NCBI GenBank assembly: GCA_973895155.1
Contig: OZ316897.1
Location: forward strand, 4,434,211 to 4,498,210
Direction: 5' to 3'
From: Marsupella aquatica
Lineage: Eukaryota > Plantae > Marchantiophyta
DNA length: 64,000 nucleotides
The position numbers were made by a program, and so were the translations under genes. The notes below the pieces were generated by a model, which was given only the letters and a program-made list of their open reading frames with translations, did no database searches and was not told where the DNA came from. Below are positions 41,168 through 52,569 of the stretch, piece by piece (positions within the stretch are counted from its first letter, which is position 1; every line of letters starts with the position of its first letter).

Positions 41168-44099
41168 CACATAGTCCAACCTCAGCGCTTTCGTTTAGAG
41201 GTGTGGTGTGCACACTATTTACAGGGTACGGCTGCCATACCTTATTGGTTCTGCATTCAACACCCTTCTCAGCTCATTGTCACTAGAAATGCGTATCCGC
41301 CCAATTTTGTACGATGTTCACATCTCGAAGGAAATTCTCAGCTCCACATCATTCTGTCGCTTCTCAGCTCCTTATTTTGTTGCTACCTCACGAGTCTGGT
41401 GCAATTTCTCTGCTTGTGAGTTCACGTAAGGGTTTCTACTAGTGAAGGACAAAGCTCAACTCTGCTTGACAACTCACTGATGTCGTTCATCTTCAGTCTT
41501 CAAGCGCCACTCCACCAGTTCCAATTCAGAATGTGCGTCGCTCCTAGTCATGTCGAAGGTAAGATCTACACCGGCTGAGCAAAGAGAGACCTTCAGTAAC
41601 CACTGATATCACATTAGAGTTACAAGAATCTAGACATCCTTCCAGAATGGAACGGATTAACAATACTCACTCTCCTGAACTTCTGTCATCATCTTCTTCT
41701 AAGCAATCATTCAATGTGGCGTCTCGAGTCCGTTAAGACAGTCTGAGAAAGTTGGACTGAAAATTTCACCTTCGATCATCTTTCTGCAGCGAGGGAAGAA
41801 ATAATTTCAATCCCTTACCTTCAAACAAATTGTGCTGTCTCTCCCATTATAACATGCAACTGATTGACAACTGCCTAGATTGTTTGACAGGATGGAAACC
41901 ACTCATCCGACTGATAATTCTCTCTAGATTGCTATTTCCAAGTCTCGGTTTCTGATGCAGTCATGCAATTCATAACCCTCCCTAGATTGTTAGTGACAAT
42001 TGGTTTGTGATACATCGGTTTGAGACACATGGTTTATGTGTGTGACAGTCTTTTTCTAATCATTGGGTTTCTGATAGTCAATTTGGAATTCTACAGGAGG
42101 TAAGTACACTGATCACCTCAACTAGTCTTAGTAACACTAGTTGTTAGTAACACTGGTTGTGTAGCCTAAATTTTTGGGGATTACTCTTGCATTAACATAA
42201 CCAATTTTAAGTATGGACTAATATTACTAGTGCGCACATTAAGTAGCATTTGTGTAACACTTATTCCACTAGTGCATAACTTTTGTGTAACACTAAGTCC
42301 ACTTGTGCATAACACTATAGTTAGGATAATACTGGTCCTGATCATGCATAACACTATTTGGATTTTGTCCTTGGAGCCCACATTTCAAAGAGGACTACTA
42401 CATAGAAGCAAAAGTGGGAGGGTTTTAGTCCACAGATACAAAAGACATTGCACTCTCACCTGAGGCAGCTAGGGAGCAGAGGGTGTTTCATTCGTGCACC
42501 CAACATCACTAGGAAAAGAAAAGTTACACTTAGGGAACAAAGTCTGAAGAGAGTTGCACTACTGGCCAAACAATTTCCTTACAAATCAGGAGTACTACGA
42601 GCCAATGTGAATTGCTCTAGTTACAAGAAATTTTAACCCTAAAACAATCTGAGTCCAAAACCCACCACATTTTGTGTTTTTTTCCTGTCAAAGCTTACCT
42701 CACTCTTAAAGTAGTATTGCCAACACTAATCCCAAATAAGTGTTATTAAGGCTAGTTTGGTGAAAGTGATCTTCAGTCCATAGTAACACTAATTATTGAC
42801 AATTTTCAATATAGGTTTTTCATAATCTTGTTTAAAGTGCTAGTTGAAAAGGGATGATCCAAACGAACACTGATTCTTGTGGGTTTTCAGAGTGGTTTTT
42901 TCCACTACTTTTTCACTCTTGAGACCAACCTAACACTACTTCACGTGTGCAGAATTAGTGTTATAAGAGAATTAGTGTGACTCACAATTCATGGGTAGAG
43001 CCCAAAAATGTGTGCTCTTGGAACTAATGCAACACTACTTATGGGGAACAATGTAGGTAATTAGAATATAAACCCAGGGTGGACCAAACTGTTTGGACCT
43101 GACCATGTTGGAAGAGAGAGACACTTTATTAGTGGACCCCCAAACCAAAATTTTTCTCTTGATAGACCAAACGATGGAGATTATTTTCTATTGAACCCAA
43201 TATTTCAAGCCGAGTGAACCTATGTGCTCACTAGGTACAGCCATGTTCATTTTAAAAGGTGCCCTAAAGATTTACCACACAGCTCAGCCTGATAACACTA
43301 AGGTTGGTCTTGTGTAGTAAGGGCAAAAGTAAATAGTGTACTAGTGCATGGATCATGCAAGTGTAGGTTGTAGCCCCAGGCTGCAATGGAGCACCCAAGC
43401 GCTATAGGGTTGCGGCCTTTTGGCTTGGTTTAGTACATAGCAACTATTGTATTCAACCTATGAATGAAGAACTCATGGCTGGGGCTCACGATTGCATTAA
43501 AGCATAAGTGTTGTTGAGCCCAGGCCTCAGATCCCAGCTTCTTAGAAGACATTGTACCTATATTATTCAACCTACAAATGAATGAGCTTCATGGTCGCAT
43601 TGGGGCATGCAAGCATCATAGCAACCCCAACCTCCTTGCTTTTATGCATACAATGTGCAAATTCTATACATATTACAAAGGAAATTTGAAGTTCAGATGT
43701 GCCCACCCTTTATGAAATCCGTAGGGGACCCATTGAAGACATCCATAGAATTGTGTTTAAGTTCATTGTGTTTACTCCATTTCATCCATGTTTTCTTGGC
43801 TGCCTATTTTGGAGCCTATTCCTGCTTGTGTTCCTACTGAAGGCAGTATTGCACATTGAAAAAATGTAGTGTAATTAAAGAGACAAAAATGTGCAAAAGT
43901 TTTGTAACACTATTTGGCAGGTCTTAGAGTGAATCGATCCATTGTCCATTATGTATTCTTTTTGGTTCATAATATGTGCGTATACTTTTTGATTTTATGC
44001 GTGTACATTGCGGTTTTCCCTAAACTTATAGATCATACCTCTATAATGTGTATACATTTTGGTCAGAATATACAAGTTAAGGGCATCACTCCATCATGA

Positions 44100-46260
44100 T
44101 GAGGCCTCATGGCAAATGTTTGACTCCGACTCCTCCGTTGACGAGGACGAACTTAACGGTACAGCCTTTGATCTCGATAGAGATGTCCGACATTCCTAAG
44201 TCCTCACAGATCATGTTACAATCCGTGGCGGTGCTTACCCGGCCGGGGTAACCGTCTCCTCCGCCGCCCCGTAAGGAGCTCTTGGGGTTGTTGTTGGTAG
44301 TGTGGGTTATTTTGCAGTAATTGACCCACCGTTGTCATGACTGGACAACTCTTCACATCTTGACAAACGTCATAATCTCCATTCTTATCTATCATCAATG
44401 GAAGCTTCTTGGCCTCTGCATCCCGCTTGTCTTGCTCTTTGGACTGTTGTGCGGCTTCAGCTGCCATCAAGTCTTTATCAATCACCTTTTTTTACTCGCA
44501 TGCTTCATAAGCTTCTAGTTGCTGCTTCACCAATTCTTCAATCTAGGGGTAGAATAGCTTTGGGTCGTCCTTTTCATCGTCGTCATCCTCCTCAGGGGGT
44601 AGTTCTACCATCGGATGTACTAGCATCGTGTCTTGCTTCTTTCCTTGTCTCTCCCTCCTGCTTCTCTTGCTTTTGTTTGGATCTTGTCAATACCAGGTAA
44701 AACTCGGCTTTGTCGGATGGGTTGGGGATTTCCACTATGTCGACCAAGTTGACCCATTCTGTGGTATCATCTTGTCATTCCATGTTGATAATCTGGACCA
44801 CCCCATAGCTTGGAGCTGGTCCCACTGGTCCTGGTCTCGCTGCATTTGCCCGTGCTGCAATTACCAATGGGAAATTTGCAATGCAATGAGCCCCTTGTAG
44901 ACTTGGCAAAAAGGCATGCCCCTACCATAGCCTTGCAGTCTTTGCTCAGGACATTCTCGTGCAAAGTGGTCGGGCTTCTGACAGTTATAACACATGGGTG
45001 ATCACCAAATTCCCAGCTTTGGAGGAACACACGGGTTACTAATGACCTGTAACCCCCGACTACCATTTGGGTACGGACCATACGAGGTTTTACTTGCCAA
45101 ATTCCTTGGCCCAACCATAGAGACTTGATAAACGGAGTCAGGGGGTTCCTTGAAGAAGTACTTTGTGGACCCTGGATCCTGGCCCGAACTGTCAGCGTCA
45201 TCCAACACTATATGGTGGACCTGATTCTTCCATCTTGGACTTCTTGTACCATGTGCCCAGAGTACTGAAAGCACTTGGAACACCATGCATGTGCCCTTGT
45301 GTCATTTTTCTCTGCAGGCTTCTCCACTAGATGAACGGACAAGGCCTTTAGCTGGTCTATAATTTCATTGAGCTTGCCTGCTTCCGTAGCCTTGGGGTTT
45401 GGTACTGCTTGTCGGGCTTGAGGCTTGGATAGATCCTCCTTTTTGGTTTGTTGTTTCTTCTTCCAACCTCCTCTGGACTCGCTCTCCAAATCACTACTCA
45501 AAGAGCCCAAGGTGGAGGAACTACTGGACGAAGAAGCGACAGAGTTGGATGCCATATCACAGCTGGATGGCATTGAACATTTTTTTTCTTCTTCTTTCTC
45601 TCCTTGTCATCCAAATCTGAGTTGGTGTTGTTGAAGGTCTGGTACTTGCTCTTCTTGTGTTGTGCACGTTGGCTTTGCCGGAATTTAAAAGTAGACTCCC
45701 TGTATGTCTTGGTGCACGCAATAGCTACCTGCATTGAGATTGAATGGGTTATTCTGGCTGACCCAGAACTGCATATCAGTAGGCAAGTCAGTAGAACCAA
45801 GTAAGTTGGAGTGCGTTGCCCGGCTTTGGCCGAATCATGGCTGCAAGTTTTTGGAACTTCTGAATGATTTGCATTATCAGTAGGCATATCAGTAGGCAAG
45901 TCTTTACTTTTGTGAGGAATTTGCGAAGTATTCTTTCCTTCCTGATCTAGGTTAAAGATGGCCCGAGATCCCTCTCACCTCTGTTCTGCCCATTGTTCTT
46001 AGTTAGTACTTTCATATGAAACTAGTTCTTTTGAGTAGGCGCATATCTATACTATTGATGTCTGTAAAAGGGACAAGGAGACATTTTGCTATTGAGAAGG
46101 TTGGTGCATCTGGTCGTGCAGGAGCAAAAGGAGCCAGAGCAAAAGGAGCCAGAGCAGGATGAGTAAGAGGAGGAGCAAGAGGAGCTCAAGCGGCAGGAAG
46201 AGCAGGAGCAGGAGGAGAAGCCCAAGGAGCCATAAGAGCAGAGATATCGTCATAGACGAA
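44100..46260 (-). mobile_element. Decayed Ty3/gypsy LTR-retrotransposon gag-protease remnant
   Basis: Minus strand has an intact CCHC knuckle CYNCQKPDHFAREC (~44951-44992), a frameshifted second knuckle WCSKCFQYSGHMVQE/CPRW (~45235-45287), the linker YDVCQDVKSCPVMTTVGQLLQNNPHY, and a degenerate aspartic protease site IEIKGCTVKFVLVNGGVGV (~44122-44180). Many stops and frameshifts. Boundaries approximate. Confidence 0.8.
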
Positions 46261-49061
46261 CCCGTTTTGATGATTGCGTCGCTGATTATATATTGTAAAT
46301 ATTTTTCTCGACATTGGTGACGTCGCGGTTTTTTAACGTGATTTTCCATGTTTCCTTGATTCCATGTTCTTGTGTGTTTAGGTCAGATTTTACTTGGGGC
46401 GCTTGTTGCGCGATTGACCCAGGCAGACAATTCAACATGGAAGCTTGCCAATGTATGGATGACTTACTATACAAAACTACAGTAAACTACGTACTTAAGA
46501 ACATATTGTAATCAGTCATCCACTAGCCCATGCATTGCACAATGCTTTAAGTTGATAGTGAGTGATGTTGAGCAAAAGAGTAAGTTGTCAAGCATATTAA
46601 GTGAAAAGCCAGGCAATCAGACGCTCCGGTTCAGAGTCAGTATGCCAAGTGGATTTCAAGAAGTGTGCAAAGTGGGGAGAGCAACAGGTTGGGCGTGGAA
46701 ACAATAATGCAGAGTGACACCTTTAGGTCCATTTCATGGTTATGAAAAGTTGTCATCATACTCAAACTCCCATGGATGCTTTTTGCCAATGTGACATTTT
46801 GTAAATAGAGCATGAGAAGAAACAATGGGATAGCATATTGAAATTTTAGATTGATGGTATAGTCCAGAGCAGAACAGGCCACTCTACAATACACCTCACA
46901 CCCAGGAGGTCACAGCTCAAACCTGGTTCCTTCAAATGCCCTCATTTTCCCCTCCCCCTCCTGGTAAGGTTCCTTGAGCCACCCAGCCCCAACCCTGTGG
47001 TGACCAACAATCTCCGTCTGTCGAAAAGGTTCCTTGTCTCACAACGCCCCATATATCAACTCCCTTGGTGAAAAGGAGCTCTTGCCTCAATATGATCCAT
47101 AAGCACACTTGCTGTATGAATGCACAATAAACTCTCTTTATGCCACTTGGCATACTATTTGTTTCCACTAACATAACACAATCCAAAATTAGGAAATGTA
47201 ATGGCGGGCCCTATGTGGCTGCTCAAATCTGCATTACATAGTCCAGCCAACTAATTGATAGTTCTAGTAGAAAGAAGACAGAAGGATTCCAAGCATCCCA
47301 ATATAAGTTAAGTATAGCAATATCTTCATGTAGTGACACTATAAAAATCAAATCAAAGAACAAAAAGCACCTTAGGGGAGACTCCCAAAGGCCAAAAACC
47401 CAATAAAAGGGGTAAACCAGAAAAACCACAATGAAAGCTAAGACGCAGAAGAGTTACAAGCTCTATAGTCCAAATGGCAGAAGAACTAAAGCCCTACTGG
47501 GTAAACTGCATACTAGGAGGGTGGTAAAGAGAGAGTTGACTACATGCCTTAAAAGCAAGTACCCTTGCCCGACAATGGATATAGAACATGAGCCGGCTGG
47601 AGAGCAACAGACACTCTTATTGCCAAAAGAAGCCAGTGAAGACCAACCCATGGGGATGAGGCGGTTGCTCTACAAAATAAACAACACACTTCCGGAGGAA
47701 ACGGTTAAAAATAAGGTGTCCTTACCCAAAGACCTCCAAAGCTAGCAGGCAATCAGCTTGAAGGTTGGTTTGTTGCCCTTGGAGCATGTGTAATCATCTT
47801 TGACATGTTCTATGGCACCAAGTATGTATCTTGACGCTCTTTAGAGTGTAAATCCATCAGAAACAAATATTGAAACTCGGTCAATTGCCTTGAATGTGCT
47901 GTGAATGCTTATTATATATATCACACTACCAAGGAACAGAAAAAGCCAAATGTGGATACAAGATCCCTAAGGCACAATACCCAATAAAGGTTTATTTCAT
48001 GTGCCTTGAGTGAGTGAGTAGTTAGCAACTTGCTGGTAGCGACGAGCAATGACAGCCAGCACAAGTAATGGATTGCACACATGGATGCATTTGGTGGAAG
48101 AAATATTTCCTTTCATACCAAGATATTATAAGATACGTCAGAGTCCCTAGATTTGGATGGAGATCCAATAGACAAACTTGGTGTGCCATTTCAAACAATA
48201 ATTTTTGGCTACTTTGCCATTATACGCCAATTGATTATATTGTCACAATTTTTTTGTGAATCTATAAATATGCCACGGTTTCATATATGGACAACAAGTA
48301 CACAAATTTAACCAGGTAACCCTGCATGAAAACAGTGGCATACTTGTGAATACATTAAAAATAGTGGTAGTAGTTTAAATTGGAACATCTACAGTGTCAA
48401 TGTAATTATAAGGTGTTTCAAACATTCTCACAAAAATTCTCAAGCACATTTTCAGTGGATTCTACGTGAGCCATAAGCAGGAATGGGATACACATCCAAA
48501 CGTTTGCTCAGATAGGATTTCTAAGCTTGTATGTATCTCTTGGAACATGAATTTTGACTAGGATATGTTCACAACTCAAGAGAGAAAAATGCTAAAGCTT
48601 ATACAAAGAAATCCCAGCCAATATGGTTTGCTTTTTGTGACTCCCATGGACCGAGTTGAAATTTGCTAGCAAGTACACTTTTCACTTCTATCTCAAAAGT
48701 GACCTGCAATTATGAGTGTTGACATGACACTGCAGTAGTATATGAGTGCTAGCTGGTTTTTGTTTTCCTTCTCAAATTTTGATTTTATTCTGTATGAACC
48801 CCACTGATGGGGGGACCAAGCAGGCCAGAAGGCAGCAATACCTCAAAGAGGGAAAAAAGGACACACGAGAATTGAACTGAGAGTCCAGGCCAAAATTTTT
48901 GACGAGACAGCGAGGACAAGCAACTCAGTCCAGAAGTGTCTAAGACACACAGCAAGCATAGGTCACTGGTGAACTACTCGTCATCTCCTTCAACCTTAGC
49001 CAGTCTGTATCAGCAAGCAAAGGATGACTCCTGAGATACAAAGATTAACTCCAAATCCTAA

Positions 49062-49382
49062 GGGCAGTCTTGCATGTGCAAGGTCCTTTGATTTTTGGCC
49101 CTCAAATGAACCCGTGGCAACTCTAAACAAAACGACAAGCCAGCAGTCCTGATGGCGTCTTTGGAGGATATGCAAGGGCAAGGGCCAGAAAATTTCCGGC
49201 CCTTGCGGTCCCGAACTTTGAACTTTGAATAAACAAAATGGCAGTAGATCCCTGACTCAATAAGCACTTCACACGTAACGCGTTCTTGATTGTGTTTAGA
49301 TCCTGGGTCCACACTTTTTCCCAACATCTGTGGGCTGCTAAGGGTCGCATTTTTCAGGACTCTTGCACATGCAAGATAGCCC
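49062..49382. mobile_element. Tourist-like (PIF/Harbinger) MITE, 321 bp
   Basis: TIRs GGGCAGTCTTGCATGTGCAAG.. and ..CTTGCACATGCAAGATAGCCC, flanked by TAA on both sides (49059-49061 and 49383-49385). Confidence 0.85.
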
Positions 49383-52300
49383 TAAGTCTCGCGGTAGCTA
49401 AGTCATGATCTTTCATACAGATACTACAGGTCCACAAGTCCTAAAAATCCTCTCTCTTTCTCCTTCCAACAGGGAAAGAGAGCAAAGCAAACTAGTCTAT
49501 GTTTCCGGCTAGAGCCTGATGTGGTAGCAACTGCAGTCAGATGATCAAAAGTCCCACAAATGGCAGAAATTGGATTGGAGACAAATTTCCTAGTTAAATA
49601 AAATGTCTGGCCAGTGCTGGCTGGTTTGAAGCCACTCTTAGCCAATTCCATCCATAATCATAACTGCGAAAGAAAGGATATGCACGTTATGCAGAGTGGA
49701 TCCCATTGAACAAAAATAGAAGGCCATATATTTTTTAAGGGGGCGAACAAAGTACAATTGAAGACAAACAAAAGAGGTCCCAAGCAGACAAAAACCAAAC
49801 TCATATCTTAGCAACAAGTTTGGAATGGAATCCCATAGCTCATAGGTCCAGTTAACACTAAGAGCAAGGTGTTTTGTTACTTAAGTTTGACAAAGATATG
49901 TCATGGGCGATGGACTGTACAGGATTTCGTCTTGCTCTTTCCTGGGAAAGTTCTTTTTGCGCTTTTGGTGGGGGATATAAAATGGAATCCCTGATGAGTT
50001 CAGAGAAGTTTTTTTGTGATTTGTGAATAGTGTTTATAAAGATTTTTTTTAAGTGAGCCATGTACCTTTGGAGAGTGGTTCCTTTTTTATATTGTGCAGG
50101 TGACACTTCTGGCGAGTTGAAAAGACTGTGCTTAGCAAAGATGTTTTACTTGACATGTTCAATCACATTGTGACCTTTACATTTTATGTCGGTCAGGTCA
50201 GGTCAGGTCAGGAGGGTTGATTTGTTTTTGAAAACCTCGTTTGTATCATTTGCAAAGCCCCTTCATCCTGGTAATAAATGTGCAAAACATTTGCACAGAA
50301 AGGGAACCAAGCTGGGACACTGGCCGAGCTACAGCGCTTGAGAGGGAGGTGAGCAAGTTTTCTTCTAGCGGCCCGGTTTGGACTTGTCGGGTCAAATAGC
50401 AGTATTTATGAAGACAAAAGACATATGTCGTCCCGGTCACTCCTGGTCGATCCCGGCCGCAAAGTGAATTACCGGCCCGGCCCCTTTCCCCCCCGCCCCG
50501 GCCTCCCTCCCATGCCCGGCCTCCCTCCCCTGGCCCCCCTCCCTCCCCGGCCCGGCCCAGTCTAGGGGAAAGGGGAAAAGAGGGGAAAGGGGAAAAGAGG
50601 GGAAAGGACCCCTCTTATATCATAAATTTGATATAGATTTGATATACTCAGAGCCTCGTGAGGTCCATTGACTGTCTCAAGTCTCACTCTTCATTTTGGA
50701 CATCATTCAAGTAAATGTCAATGCCATAAATTCAATAAAACAAATTAGTACGACAAGCGGATAGTCAAATCACCTGGCATAATCATGAACAGGGAAGTTC
50801 AGGATTGGGGATGAGCTCAGAGGTGTGCAATTCACTCGAGATATAAATAGTACGTAGAAAAAAGAGTGTAAAATTGCGTATGGATCATTATTATGGGTCT
50901 AGGCTGGCATCCAGCATTCCAGCAATCCACTAATACCGTCGGCCGCGAAATCTGGCAGAGATTAGCTCTACGTGGAAACAAAGCACTCGACATCCTCGAA
51001 AGCTTGACTGTAAGTAAGTATGCTTCGAATTCATTACACTATACGTTTTTGACGGGAAACACGTCAATCGGTGTGTCGATAGGGTGGGGATTGGGAATGG
51101 TGTCGGAGTAGGAGTAGGAGTAGGATTTTAGCGTTCCACCGAAAGAGGCGGTGGTTTGATGACTTTATTATTAGAGGCCCCACATTTCCACAAAGCGCAC
51201 CGCGTGTTAAACTGTAGACGATTCCGTGGGAGCAGTGGGGCGCCTGCCTTCCGGGCTTCCCCAGTCCTGATCCTTGAGAATCGGAAGCTCACGCGCGGTG
51301 GAGGGGTCTAATGATGGAGTCCTTGAGGAGGGGGGGGCCTGAATGAGTGAATGGAGTCTTCGGCCTCACTGGCCGTTTCTCCCTGGTCTCGTGGGAGTAC
51401 ACTGAAGGCAGTCTGTCTGTTTTGTTTTTTAGTTTGTTTGTCAAACGGGCCTGAGGGATGAATGGCTCCGGTGCGCTCCCGGCCGACGCCTCCCCATGCT
51501 TTCAGGATTTCTGATGATCTCCTTGGGTCGACACTTGCAATATTATTTTTTTACTGTCTGCCTCCAGTATAGTGCTGGCAGGCACTCCGAAGGTCCGAGC
51601 GTCAGCCAGCCCGTGCCTTGCCCCTGAGGAGATCTGCTGCTTGCAGACTGGTGCGGCGTTGATTCGGTTGCGGTGGTGGTCTTTGTAATAATAAGTGAGG
51701 ACGCCCATGTAGCTGGACAGGAATAGTAGTGGATACTAGTGAGGAAGCTGGTCGTGTCCAGAGCAGAAGCAGGAGCAGGTCACATCGGAACGGGCGGAAG
51801 GCCACCTTTGGTCCATGATTTGCTGCTGACCATTTGCCGATTTGCGAGGAGATGGATGGCTGGATGTACAGCAAGTAGTGGTCGTGTTGTAGCGGATCGG
51901 CGACAGTCGAGCAGGGATTCACTTGGCTTGGGTTTTGCCATTTTGCATTACCCAGGTAGAGGTGGATGCATTGATGAATTTTTAAAGTGAACGGGATGCC
52001 GGGCGGGGAGAGGGATAGAAGGGCTGTGAGAGGACGCGCACCCCTTTGGATCGTGCATCCGGAGGACTCCTGAAGGTGATCGTTGGAGGGGTGGAGCAAG
52101 CTTGATTCGCCCAGTGATGCACGTTGCGAAGTTGAATAACTTGACCGTGGTGGGCTGTCTAGTCGGGGAGTGAGTATGCTTCCTTGCCGGACTTTCCAGA
52201 ATTGGCGAGCGGCGCGCCATGGAGGAGAGGAGGAGGAGATCGTTGCGGAGTGTGAGCCATGAGGATTCCTTGGGAGATGATCATCCCACGACGAGTATGG

Positions 52301-52569
52301 GCAAGGCCGGAGGAGGAAGCAGTCTCCAGGTGGTGATTCCGCAAAGACAATTTTGAAGTGTGACAGATTGTGATTAGGAGCTTTTCGGATGACTTCTCGG
52401 AGGCACACACAGAGAGCTCAAACGGGTTATGTGCAGGTGGTGGTGTCGACGATGATTTTGCTCTAGCACGGACTCATTGGACAGATCCTTCAATTAGGCT
52501 AATCAGTCAGGGTCGTTGAATTTACTTGACGACAGTTACAGTAGTTAGGGGTGGACTCGGGGAGTAATC

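Noticed and set aside
39922-41179. Antisense ORFs over the F-box gene (and likewise over the XXT, BTB and GT92 exons)
   Set aside because: Shadow ORFs of real coding sequence with no independent motifs.
46089-46349. Leu-rich 86-aa ORF resembling a membrane peptide
   Set aside because: Translation of a GAGCAG/GAGGAG low-complexity tract at the edge of the retrotransposon remnant.
51393-51480. Candidate miRNA hairpin (GGGAGTACACTGAAGGCAGT / AATGGCTCCGGTGCGCTCCC)
   Set aside because: Only ~19 bp of stem with about 4 mismatches and a large loop, and no match to conserved plant miRNAs that I recall.
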